A stretch of DNA of 17,352 nt from an uncultured Clostridia bacterium (GTDB lineage Bacteria > Bacillota > Clostridia > TANB77 > UBA1234). The translations under genes and the position numbers were made by a program. Each line of letters begins with the position of its first letter. Within the stretch, counting starts at the first letter, position 1. The notes below the pieces were generated by a model, which made no database searches, was not told where the DNA came from, and worked only from the letters and a program-made list of their open reading frames with translations. Of the stretch, positions 1 through 8,932 are shown piece after piece. The stretch spans positions 1 to 17,352 of the forward strand of contig CANQLS010000007.1 of assembly GCA_947624765.1 (NCBI GenBank), read 5' to 3'.

Positions 1-933
1 TACACTAAATGTCATAGATACGGTTGGTTCATCAATATCTACAAATGGAATAGCTTCTGGATGCTCTACATCTGCAATAGTTTCTCCTATATTAATATCT
101 GGAATACCTACAACTGCAATAATATCTCCAGCATTTGCCTCTGGAATTTCTATTCTTTTCAAACCAGCATATGTATAAATTTTTCCTATTTTCAAGTTTT
201 GAATTGTTCCGTCTTTACGACAAACAGCGACATTCTGTCCTTGCACAATAGTACCACGCTCTAACCTACCAATTGCTATTCTTCCAACATAATTATCATA
301 ATCAATACTAGAAACTAGCATTTGCATTGGTTCGTCAGGCTTTACATTTGGTGCATTTACATACTTGATAATAGTATCAAATAAAGGCTTCATATCAGTT
401 CCAGGCTCATCTAATTTTAGAGATGCAACACCTTGTTTTCCAGAAGCATAAACAACAGGAAAACCTAATTGCTCATCTGTTGCTGCTAAATCAAAAAATA
501 AATCTATTACTTCATCTACAACAGCTTCTGGTCTAGCACCTGGTCTATCAATTTTATTTAATACAACAATCGGTTTTAAATTAAGTGCTAATGCTTTTCT
601 TAACACAAATCTAGTTTGTGGCATAACACCTTCAAAAGCATCAACAAGTAAAATAACACCATCTACCATTTTTAATACTCTTTCAACTTCTCCACCAAAA
701 TCAGCATGACCTGGAGTATCAATAATATTAATTTTTACATCACCATAGTGAACCGCAGTATTTTTAGCTAAAATAGTAATGCCTCTTTCTTTCTCCAAAT
801 CATTAGAATCCATTACCCTTTCCTCTACATGTTCATTAGCTCTAAAAGTACCCGATTGTTTCAAAAGTGCATCAACCAATGTTGTCTTACCATGGTCAAC
901 GTGTGCAATAATCGCAACATTTCTAATTTCCAT
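1..933 (-). CDS. typA: GTP-binding translational GTPase TypA/BipA, N-terminal 311 codons (3' end lies beyond the left window edge)
   Basis: The reverse complement reads ATG at 933..931, then MEIRNVAIIAHVDHGKTTLVDALLKQSGTF...DTPGHADFGGEVERVL...LNKIDRPGARPE. It is open with no stop to position 1 (933 nt = 311 codons). The G1/G3/G4 GTPase motifs and overall sequence are typical of TypA/BipA. It is absent from the ORF track only because it has no stop inside the window. Confidence 0.9.
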   Translation of the reverse strand, partial: MEIRNVAIIAHVDHGKTTLVDALLKQSGTFRANEHVEERVMDSNDLEKERGITILAKNTAVHYGDVKINIIDTPGHADFGGEVERVLKMVDGVILLVDAFEGVMPQTRFVLRKALALNLKPIVVLNKIDRPGARPEAVVDEVIDLFFDLAATDEQLGFPVVYASGKQGVASLKLDEPGTDMKPLFDTIIKYVNAPNVKPDEPMQMLVSSIDYDNYVGRIAIGRLERGTIVQGQNVAVCRKDGTIQNLKIGKIYTYAGLKRIEIPEANAGDIIAVVGIPDINIGETIADVEHPEAIPFVDIDEPTVSMTFSV

Positions 934-979
934 TTATTTTCCCTTCTTCCATTTTCTTATACGCAGTATTTCATTTAAT

Positions 980-1005
980 TTGCCCGAGGTAACTTCCTCG
1001 GGCAA
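980..1005. terminator. GC-rich 10-bp hairpin between the S1 gene and typA
   Basis: TTGCCCGAGG (980-989) / CCTCGGGCAA (996-1005) with a 6-nt loop. The T-run (TTGATTTTTT, 1006-1016) lies on the + strand side. On the minus (gene) strand the hairpin is followed by ATTAAATGAAAT, a weak U-tract. Confidence 0.5.
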
Positions 1006-1045
1006 TTGATTTTTTAATAAACATCTATCTAATTGTCTTTTAAAT

Positions 1046-2116
1046 CTATTCTTCTGGTGTAACTTCTTCTAATTCCCTAATTGAAAGTTCAATTCTCTTT
1101 TTGTCTAAGTCAATTTCTACTACTTTAGCTCTTACTACTTGACCTAATTCTAATACATCTTGTGGCTTAGAAATTCTTTTATGTGTGATATTAGAAATAT
1201 GTACTAATCCTTCTAATCCATTATCTAATTGTACAAAAGCTCCGAAAGGCTTCATACTAGTAACTTCTGCTTCTACAATATCGCCTACTTGATATTTCAC
1301 ATTTAACCAAGGATTATCTTCTGGTCTTTTATATCCTAAAGAAATTTTCTTAGTTTCTTTATCGAATGATAAAACATGAACTTGTATTGTTTGACCTACC
1401 TTTAATACTTCATTTGGATGTTTTATTGGTACCCAAGAAATCTCTGAAATATGAAGTAATCCATCAACACCGCCAATATCAACGAATGCACCATAATCAT
1501 TTAATTGTTTTACTGTTCCTTGATACTCTTTACCAACTTCAATATTGTTCCAAACTTCTTGTGAAGCTTTTTCTCTTTGCTCACTTACTACTTTTCTTTC
1601 AGAACCAACGATTTTTCTCTTTTCTGGATGATATTCAATAACTTTTAAAGTTAAGTTTTTACCTCTATATTCTGTTAAATCTGTAACTTTTTTTGCTAAT
1701 TGCGTTTGTGGTACAAATATTTTAATACCAACAGTTTCAGCAATTACACCACCGTTTACAACGTTTGTAACTTTAGCTTGTACTGGATTATTTTCTTTTA
1801 CATCATTTTCAAATTTTTCTCTCAATTGCTTTGTTTGTAATCTCTTTGTAGAAAGTAAAACATTACCTCTACCATCATTCATTTTCAAAATATATGCTTC
1901 TATTGTATCTCCAACTTTATATTTTTCAGACGGTACTTCATCACCATAAGAGAATTCCTCTTTTGGAACAATTCCATCTGCTTTGTAACCTAAGTCTACA
2001 AATATTTCATCACCTACAATATCTACAATTGTACCTGAAACTACAGTTCCTTCCTCTAATTTTTTCAATGAGTTTTCATATAACTCTGCAAAATTTTGTT
2101 CTTCATTTTTTGCCAT
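1046..2116 (-). CDS. rpsA: S1 RNA-binding domain protein with four S1 repeats (Firmicute short ribosomal protein S1 homologue)
   Basis: Four repeats of the S1 OB-fold signature (G.V..I....FVD.G...GL.HISE...) in the 374-aa ORF. I prefer the start at MAKNEEQ (ATG 2116), preceded by AAAGGAA, although the spacing is long. The upstream in-frame ATGs (2170, 2137) have no RBS. Confidence 0.8.
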   Translation of the reverse strand: MAKNEEQNFAELYENSLKKLEEGTVVSGTIVDIVGDEIFVDLGYKADGIVPKEEFSYGDEVPSEKYKVGDTIEAYILKMNDGRGNVLLSTKRLQTKQLREKFENDVKENNPVQAKVTNVVNGGVIAETVGIKIFVPQTQLAKKVTDLTEYRGKNLTLKVIEYHPEKRKIVGSERKVVSEQREKASQEVWNNIEVGKEYQGTVKQLNDYGAFVDIGGVDGLLHISEISWVPIKHPNEVLKVGQTIQVHVLSFDKETKKISLGYKRPEDNPWLNVKYQVGDIVEAEVTSMKPFGAFVQLDNGLEGLVHISNITHKRISKPQDVLELGQVVRAKVVEIDLDKKRIELSIRELEEVTPEE

Positions 2117-2193
2117 AATTAAAACCATTCCTTTCATGCTATCTGCTAATTTGTTATTTTTCCATAACATTGTATATTATCTTACAAAACACC

Positions 2194-2784
2194 TTAATTG
2201 TCAACTAATTTTTTTATTTCTTCCATCAAATGATTAGTTAACGTAATTAAATCTCGAGGATTAATTGGATCTCTTTGATATGTACTTGTATCAATTGGCT
2301 TACCAACATGCATAGTAATTTTAGTAAAAGGCTTAAAAGTTCCCGAAATTCCCATAGGAATAATAGGCACGCCTCCAGCTTTAATAGCAATTAATGCAGC
2401 ACCTTTTTTAGGCTTTACGCCCTTTGCTAATCCATTTCTAGTTCCTTCCGGATAAATTGCTACCATATTCCCTTCATTTAAATATTGAATTGCCTTCTGA
2501 ATAGCTTCCTCACTTGCAGGTCCACGTTTTACTGGAAAACACCCCATATTAGTCATAAACCAACTTTTAAATTTTGTTTTAAAAAGTTCCTCTTTTGCCA
2601 TAACATAAAGCATTCTTTTTAGATGTATAACATATGCTACCGAGTCAAGTGCATGTATATGATTAGAACACAATAAAACCGGTCCTTCTTCAGGAATATT
2701 TTCTAATCCAGTTATTTTTATACGATAAATCAAATGGCCAATTATCCTAGAACCATTTACCACTAGCGATCTCCAAAAATTCAT
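2194..2784 (-). CDS. plsC: 1-acyl-sn-glycerol-3-phosphate acyltransferase
   Basis: Acyltransferase motif I NHIHALD (HX4D) and motif III YPEGTR. About 196 aa with an N-terminal hydrophobic segment. The plsC-then-S1 order is common in Firmicutes. Confidence 0.85.
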   Translation of the reverse strand: MNFWRSLVVNGSRIIGHLIYRIKITGLENIPEEGPVLLCSNHIHALDSVAYVIHLKRMLYVMAKEELFKTKFKSWFMTNMGCFPVKRGPASEEAIQKAIQYLNEGNMVAIYPEGTRNGLAKGVKPKKGAALIAIKAGGVPIIPMGISGTFKPFTKITMHVGKPIDTSTYQRDPINPRDLITLTNHLMEEIKKLVDN

Positions 2785-2855
2785 TTTTTATTCTCCCATC
2801 CTCTTTTAATTTTTACCATTATATTATGCAACAATTCATTTCAAAAATAATATTC

Positions 2856-4589
2856 TCACTCCATCTCAAACTCTTCTTCAGGTTCTTCTGGAACAATTTC
2901 TTCATTAGGTATTCTAGTAAAAGAAGTACCAAGTAATCCCTGTTCGGCCAAGAATTTTCTATGCAATTCTTTATTATAACCAAATTGACGTCGCACCGAA
3001 GAGAAATTTATAGCTTTTTCCCATTCAACCAATGAATATGACATTGAAGTACCTGCTGCTATATATCTTTTCTTGCACACTTCTGTCATATCACGCACAA
3101 CATTTTGCATACTATCTTTATCACTATTCTTTTTAAACTCAGTAAAATCCTTCAATAAATTTTCGAACTCTTTTGGTACAGGATTATTTTTTTCCCACTT
3201 GATACTTCCCACATTATTTATAGCGATACTTTCTTCTTTTCCAAGCGAAGTAATAACGGAAATTTCATAACTTGGAAGCGCTTTTTCAAAATCACTAAGA
3301 TAATATTCCCATTTTACATCTTTCGATTTAGTTTTATAGTATTGTACTTCGTTCCAGCCATTTGCAATGGTTGTTTTTATATAATTTTCTACAACATTAT
3401 TAAAAACTGTTGCGTAAAATTCTTTACCATTACCATTTTCATAAGCATCTTCTAATCCGTCAAAAAACATGATTAATGCATCTTTATCCTCTAAATCTTT
3501 ATTTACGTTTTGATTTTTTAATGCTCTACTTAAATAAGTAATAGCAGCAGGTCTAACATCATATACTTCATTTATCCAATCTGATAGTTTTGGTTCTACT
3601 TCGACAACAGATTCTGTTGGATTATTTGGTATTATTTCAGGTATATGTTTTATAGCATAAGTGCCAAATTTAGCAATAGCAGCTGCAAGAATAAATGCCT
3701 TTATTCTTCTTTTATTTTTAGAATATATTTTTCTTGTAACTTTTGCCAATTGTTTCAAAATTTTTAATGTAACTTTTTTCCCAGTTTTTTTGCTTCTCAT
3801 TTCTCTATATAAAGGCGCAGAAGAATATTTCCCTCTACTTTGTCCTGGCTGTTCTTCATTTCGAATTTCTCTTTGCACTTTTTTAGGCGCATTTTTTTGT
3901 TGATGTTTAACTTCTTTTTCCCAATTAGTAAGTGCTTTTCTCATTTGCAACATATTTTTGTTATCTAATTCCTCAAGCAATGTTAAAAGAGTTTTCATAG
4001 CATTACCTTTTTCATTAATTTTCCAATCAGGTTTAAAATATAACTTATCAACTCGCTTCACATCATCTACTAAACTATCAATCCAATAATTTAAATCCGT
4101 ACAAATTCTGAGACTTTCTTCCATGTAATTATTTGTTTTCAATTTTTCTCTATATTCATCTGGAACTAATTTCTTAGCTTGCAGACCTTTAGATTCCATT
4201 TTTCCTTTACACGTAAGATAATAACATCGTCTATCAGAAATAATTTCGTTTAATCTTTTTATAAGTTCACGAATAGTCTCATTTTCTCCTACTGTTAAGC
4301 CATTTTTCTCTTTTCGAGCTAATCTATTTTTTTCGTACTCTTTATCTAATCCTAGCCAATGATACAATTTTTCAGCAAGAATTTCTGACTTAGTTCGTTT
4401 TACAGGAAGTTTTATTTCTTCTTTTGGAACATCATAATATCTTTTTAATCCTTCTAGCCTTGTACGCAAAAGGACTACGTCTCTGACATAATAATAAAAT
4501 TCAGTTCCTTCGGGTATCCCTAAAGTATAAGAAACAATATCATCTGCTTCAGATTCTAATGAGCCAGATTTAAAATCTTTTCTCCTCAT
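2856..4589 (-). CDS. Hypothetical bitopic membrane protein, 577 aa, no recognisable domain
   Basis: Long ORF with RBS TGGAGG 7 nt before the ATG. There is one central hydrophobic helix (AFILAAAIAKFGTYAI), preceded by a very basic stretch (KNKRRIK). The N-terminal half is K/E-rich, the C-terminal half is W/Y/N-rich, and the tail is acidic (PEEPEEEFEME). Confidence 0.75.
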   Translation of the reverse strand: MRRKDFKSGSLESEADDIVSYTLGIPEGTEFYYYVRDVVLLRTRLEGLKRYYDVPKEEIKLPVKRTKSEILAEKLYHWLGLDKEYEKNRLARKEKNGLTVGENETIRELIKRLNEIISDRRCYYLTCKGKMESKGLQAKKLVPDEYREKLKTNNYMEESLRICTDLNYWIDSLVDDVKRVDKLYFKPDWKINEKGNAMKTLLTLLEELDNKNMLQMRKALTNWEKEVKHQQKNAPKKVQREIRNEEQPGQSRGKYSSAPLYREMRSKKTGKKVTLKILKQLAKVTRKIYSKNKRRIKAFILAAAIAKFGTYAIKHIPEIIPNNPTESVVEVEPKLSDWINEVYDVRPAAITYLSRALKNQNVNKDLEDKDALIMFFDGLEDAYENGNGKEFYATVFNNVVENYIKTTIANGWNEVQYYKTKSKDVKWEYYLSDFEKALPSYEISVITSLGKEESIAINNVGSIKWEKNNPVPKEFENLLKDFTEFKKNSDKDSMQNVVRDMTEVCKKRYIAAGTSMSYSLVEWEKAINFSSVRRQFGYNKELHRKFLAEQGLLGTSFTRIPNEEIVPEEPEEEFEME

Positions 4590-4621
4590 TCACACGCCTC
4601 CATATACAAACTTATATTTTA

Positions 4622-4650
4622 ATTATACCATTTCATTGCTTTGGTGGCAA
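4622..4650 (-). promoter_or_regulatory. Sigma-A type promoter for the 577-aa gene
   Basis: The minus strand reads TTGCCA (4650-4645), a 17-nt spacer, then TGgTATAAT (extended -10, TATAAT = 4627-4622). A 6-bp inverted repeat CATTGC/GCAATG (4634-4652) overlaps the -35. Confidence 0.6.
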
Positions 4651-4736
4651 TGCTTAGAAACAAAAATGTATTATCTTAGAGGCATAATAATTTCAGCTAC
4701 TTGATAATCGCTTTATATTAAATAATTCTTCAATCT

Positions 4737-4772
4737 ATGAAATCAAAATGGCGGTCACTGGCCGCCACTACA
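4737..4772 (-). terminator. Intrinsic terminator of the MMPL operon; also a copy of the GTAG+GC-hairpin repeat family
   Basis: The minus strand reads GTAG-TGGCGGCCAGTGACCGCCA followed by TTTTGATTT. The stem is 7 bp (4750-4756 / 4760-4766, one G-U) with a 3-nt loop. It lies 22 nt after the stop of the 689-aa gene. Confidence 0.75.
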
Positions 4773-4793
4773 TTCTCTTTTATTTTTTGAAAA

Positions 4794-6863
4794 TTATTTA
4801 ACAAATATTTTAAAAATCCAACCAAATAATTGATTTAAAATATATAATAATCTTTGTCCAAAGTTAAGAGTTTCATTTGTGTTTTCCATATCGTCATTTT
4901 CAACTTTAATCTTTTTTATATCTGGCGTTTTCAAAATAAATTGTACACTTTCCACATTCTCATTTTCACTATTTCCAAATGAAACTACCTTTGCATCTTT
5001 CTCAATATTAAATATTGTTGTTTTTTCTTCTACTTCGTCCCATTTATCATCTAAGATATTTTTCACTTCATTTTTAGAATTTTTTATAGCATTTGATTCT
5101 TTCGCAATGTTAATTAATTGATTATTTACATTTAGTAATTCATCTGTTGTCTTATCAGAACCTTGATAAATACTTGAACTTAAAGCGTTTAACATTGTTT
5201 GAAGATTATTAATCATACTTAAACTTAATACATCCATTTCATTAATTTCATTGATAAGTTGCTTCATATTATTAATTAAAGTATAAACATCTTCTTCATT
5301 TTCTGATAATTTATCACTATATTCTGTTGCAATGTTTATCATATTTTCCAAAGAAGTTACTACTTTTCTAGTATCACTTATAGTATCTTCAAACACCTCT
5401 GCATCTTCAGCATCTAATAATTTAGAAATAGTTCTTAACTGTGAACTTAATTCTTGCAAATCTTTAGAAGTATTTTTAGTATTTGGCAAATTGCTAGACA
5501 AACTCGACAATGTGTTACCTAAAGCATATAAACTTTTGCATACGCTTTGTGATTCTTCACTAATGTCCTCTAATGCCTCTGTTAATGCAGGATTAACTCC
5601 TCCTGTTAATTGTATTAATGTTTCTGATTGCACAGTGATTTTAGATAGAGTTTCTATCATATCACTCATGCTTTGCTGAATTTCGGCAAGCTCTGTACTT
5701 TTTGCACTCGACATATCTTCCAAAAGTTTATCTAAATCTTTCGTAACCATAGAAAGAGTTTTCATTAAATCGTTTAATTCATTAACATCTTTTGGCAAAT
5801 CCTCCGACATATCTTCAAGGATTTCTAAATCATCATCTAAATTAGAAATATTTGCTTTTAAATTTTTTGCCTCATCTGTTAAAGCATTTGATAATTCCAT
5901 AAAAATGCTGTATGTATTAGTCATATTATCTAAATCAACTTGAACATTTTGTATAATTGGTAAAACATCACTTAATATTTTTTTCAAATTTTCTATATCT
6001 TGATTACGTAATGAATTTAAACCATGAATTTCATTCACACCGCTTTTTATTTCTTTTACCCCCTCTGAAATTCCTGTTAACCCACTTGTCATACCATATA
6101 ACGAATTAAGTACCACATCTGTACTACTATTCATTGCATCAATAGCATTTTCCATTTCTCTTTTGTCCTCTGCCATTTCTGCAACTTCGTTTAATAAATC
6201 TCCACTTAGTGGAACCATCGCCATTGTAATACCATCCATTTGAAAATCATCTGTGCCTATTTCAATTGTCAAATTTGTAGACTGACCTGGTAACACAATA
6301 AACATTAATGTTTTAGAATTTCCATTATCAGTAATCATAGCTTCTTCTGATGATACACTTAAATATTGACTCATATCATAACTACCAGTTATTTCAAGAA
6401 TATAATTATTTTGATAATATGAATTTGCTTCTTTATTAGCATTAATTTTCAATTTAATTTTAACAAGTCCACTAGCGCCAAGCAATTCTTCTTTTTGAAT
6501 TTCCACACCATTTAATTCATACGAAATATTAAATGTCCAAGGAATTAAATTATAATATTCCTCCCCAACCTTTCCTGTATATGAAAAGCTCTTCTGCCCA
6601 CTAACATTCCACGTAATACCCGCTTCATTTTTTTCATAGTCTTCTTTGTTTGAAAGATTAGTTACCTCAGTAAAGTTTGTGTAATCAGTAATAGTATTAC
6701 TTCCATTCACTTCGCATTTATTGTATATATTTATCTCACTTACTTCTCCGTAATCACTTAAATTAATATATACCGTTTCGTTCTTCTTTTGTGTTGGCAC
6801 TGCTAATGCAATGCTATGAAATAAAATCATAGTAATCAATATAAAAACAACACATTTTTTCAT
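4794..6863 (-). CDS. Secreted or membrane-anchored coiled-coil protein, 689 aa, possibly YhgE/Pip-like, encoded directly after the MMPL transporter
   Basis: I prefer the start at MKKCVVFILITMILFHSIALAVP (ATG 6863), a signal-peptide-like N-terminus with RBS AAAGGAAG 8 nt upstream. This ATG lies 1 nt after the MMPL stop. A beta-rich N-terminal domain is followed by about 400 aa of heptad-like D/E/L/N/S-rich helix (for example SGLTGISEGVKEIKSGVNEIHGL). The C-terminus is hydrophobic (RLLYILNQLFGWIFKIFV). Confidence 0.7.
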   Translation of the reverse strand: MKKCVVFILITMILFHSIALAVPTQKKNETVYINLSDYGEVSEINIYNKCEVNGSNTITDYTNFTEVTNLSNKEDYEKNEAGITWNVSGQKSFSYTGKVGEEYYNLIPWTFNISYELNGVEIQKEELLGASGLVKIKLKINANKEANSYYQNNYILEITGSYDMSQYLSVSSEEAMITDNGNSKTLMFIVLPGQSTNLTIEIGTDDFQMDGITMAMVPLSGDLLNEVAEMAEDKREMENAIDAMNSSTDVVLNSLYGMTSGLTGISEGVKEIKSGVNEIHGLNSLRNQDIENLKKILSDVLPIIQNVQVDLDNMTNTYSIFMELSNALTDEAKNLKANISNLDDDLEILEDMSEDLPKDVNELNDLMKTLSMVTKDLDKLLEDMSSAKSTELAEIQQSMSDMIETLSKITVQSETLIQLTGGVNPALTEALEDISEESQSVCKSLYALGNTLSSLSSNLPNTKNTSKDLQELSSQLRTISKLLDAEDAEVFEDTISDTRKVVTSLENMINIATEYSDKLSENEEDVYTLINNMKQLINEINEMDVLSLSMINNLQTMLNALSSSIYQGSDKTTDELLNVNNQLINIAKESNAIKNSKNEVKNILDDKWDEVEEKTTIFNIEKDAKVVSFGNSENENVESVQFILKTPDIKKIKVENDDMENTNETLNFGQRLLYILNQLFGWIFKIFVK

Positions 6864-6864
6864 T

Positions 6865-8932
6865 TTACTTTGCTTCCTTTCTTTTCCTAAAAGTGGTTTT
6901 TTCAATAGCCTTATCAAATAGAACTAATATATGTGGTAAAAAGAAAATAACTAAAAACATACTTAACAATGTTCCTCGTCCAATTAATCCCCCAAGCTCT
7001 GATACAGCATTCATAGTTGAACCGAATTTAATTAGATAAGCTGCCGATACCAAAATTCCACCTGATGTAAGAATAGATGGTATACTCTTCGATACCGCAA
7101 TATCTGATGCTTCTCGTTTTTGATTATTTTTTCTTGCCTCCAAATAATGATTTGTCATTAATATAGCATAATCAATTGTTGCTCCGTAATTGAATGGAAC
7201 TTACAATTAAATATCCTAAAAACATCATAGATTGACCAGTATAATAAGGAATAGCCATATTAATAAATATTCCACTTTCAATTACTATAATTAATAATAT
7301 TGGTAAAATAAATGACTTAAAAGTAAATAATAATATTATCATTACCATTAATATGGAAATCCAATTTACTATATTATAATCTTTATTAACAACATTTTTT
7401 ATATCCATTGTAACTGGAATGGTTCCTGTTATTTCATAATTGTCTCCATAATATTTCTGAACAATATTTTCTATTTCATTAACAGCATTAAAAGCAACTT
7501 CGCTTTCTGATGATGTTTTTACATAAATAACAAATCGTGAATAATTTTCAGTTCTAAATTTCTGATAACTATCAATTGGAATAAATGAATCTGGAATTCC
7601 TTCTGCAACCATATTTGCAAGTGATTGAACCTTTTTCACTACTTCTAAATTTTCTAATTCTTCTGCCATATTCTTTTCACTCAAGTAATCTCCAACAGGT
7701 ACTAAAACAATCACAGGATTACTTCTTCCAAACTTTTCAACAATTAATTTTTCATCTTCATATACTTTTGTTCCTTCACCACCTCCAAATGATGCAGCAC
7801 CATAAAGAAACTCATTTTGCTTTTGCGTAACATAAGATGGTATAGTAATTACTAATACTATAGCTATAATAAAATAAGCAAGTTTTCTAGTATGTTTAGC
7901 AAACTTATCAAAGTTAGGTAAAAATGGTTTATGATTAAATTTAGTTACAATAGGATAAAATTTCAATATTAAACATGGCATAAAAAATATAACACTAATT
8001 AAACTCAACACAATTCCTTTTGCGAACACTAATCCCATATCTTTACCAATCGTAAAGCCCATAAATACTAATGCAACAAAGCCAGCAACTGTTGTTAATG
8101 CACTAGAGCAAATAGATGTGCAAGATTTTGTAAGCGTTCTCACCATTGCCTCTTCTAAATTACTCTTATCTTCTTCTTCAAACTGATGTAATACAAAAAC
8201 AGAGTAATCCATCGAAACTGCTAATTGCAATGCAGCAACAATACTATATGTAAGAAAAGATACATGTTTAAAAATAATATTTGTTCCCATATTTAGCAAA
8301 ATAGATGTGCCAATTATTGTTAAAAATAATAATGGTGAAACATATGAATCAGTTGTTAAAATCAATATAACAATAACTATAGGAATCAATATAATCATGA
8401 TTTTTCCTATTTCAGTTTGCACTTTTTCTCTTGATGATTTTGTATCAATTGCGGAACCTATTAAATTACTATCATTTGGAATAATTTTATTAATCTCATC
8501 AATTGCCTTATCTGTTTTTGATGAATATTCGTCCTCTTCAAACATAATTTCAAAAATAGCAGAACCGTCTTTGTAATAATCTTTTAATAAATCTTCAGAA
8601 ATAAATTCAACTGGTCTATAAATATCAACGCTATCATCAAGCCATAAAACTAAGTCAACGCCGTCAATTGCTTCAATTTTATCCTTATACTCTTTTGCTT
8701 CTACAAGTGAAACATTATTAATCATGACTCTTGCAAAGCCTTGCATTGCAAACTCTTCTTTCACAATATTCATGCCCTGCTTAGATTTTTCTGTGTCTGG
8801 TACATATTCTGATAAATCATAATTAATATTTACAAATTGCATTAGCATTAAGCTAACAATAATTAAAATTATAAAAATAACTCCAATCTTATTTCTCTTT
8901 TGCACGATAAATCTTGCAAGCTTTTCTATCAT
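6865..8932 (-). pseudogene. MMPL/RND-superfamily transporter (YdfJ/YdgH-like) interrupted by a 1-nt frameshift
   Basis: ORFs 7172..8932 (586 aa) and 6865..7158 (97 aa) are two frames of one gene. The first frame ends ...FLGYLIVSSIQLRSNN*. Shifting one base at about 7186 gives ...SSIQL-GATIDYAILMTNHYLEARK..., which restores the conserved G-x-x-x-DY-x-I helix and the last TM helices. Topology is TM1, loop, TM2-6, TM7, loop, TM8-12. Confidence 0.8.

Noticed and set aside
2785-2855. Sigma-A promoter for plsC (TTGAAA ... TATAAT on the minus strand).
   Set aside because: The spacer is only 15 nt. The signal is too weak to list as a feature, and plsC may instead be read through from the 577-aa gene.
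6864-6917. Longer N-terminus (MIRLLKKPLLGKERKQSK...) for the coiled-coil protein, and likewise the 2170 start for S1 and the TTG 14198 start for infC.
   Set aside because: The extensions overlap the upstream gene or RBS and lack their own RBS. The internal starts (6863, 2116, ATT 14183) have better-placed SD sequences and give N-termini typical of the families.
6865-7158. 97-aa ORF as an independent small membrane protein gene.
   Set aside because: It has no RBS. It continues the MMPL sequence exactly (GATIDYAILMTNHYLEARK...) once one base is removed near 7186, so it is the C-terminal part of the frameshifted transporter.
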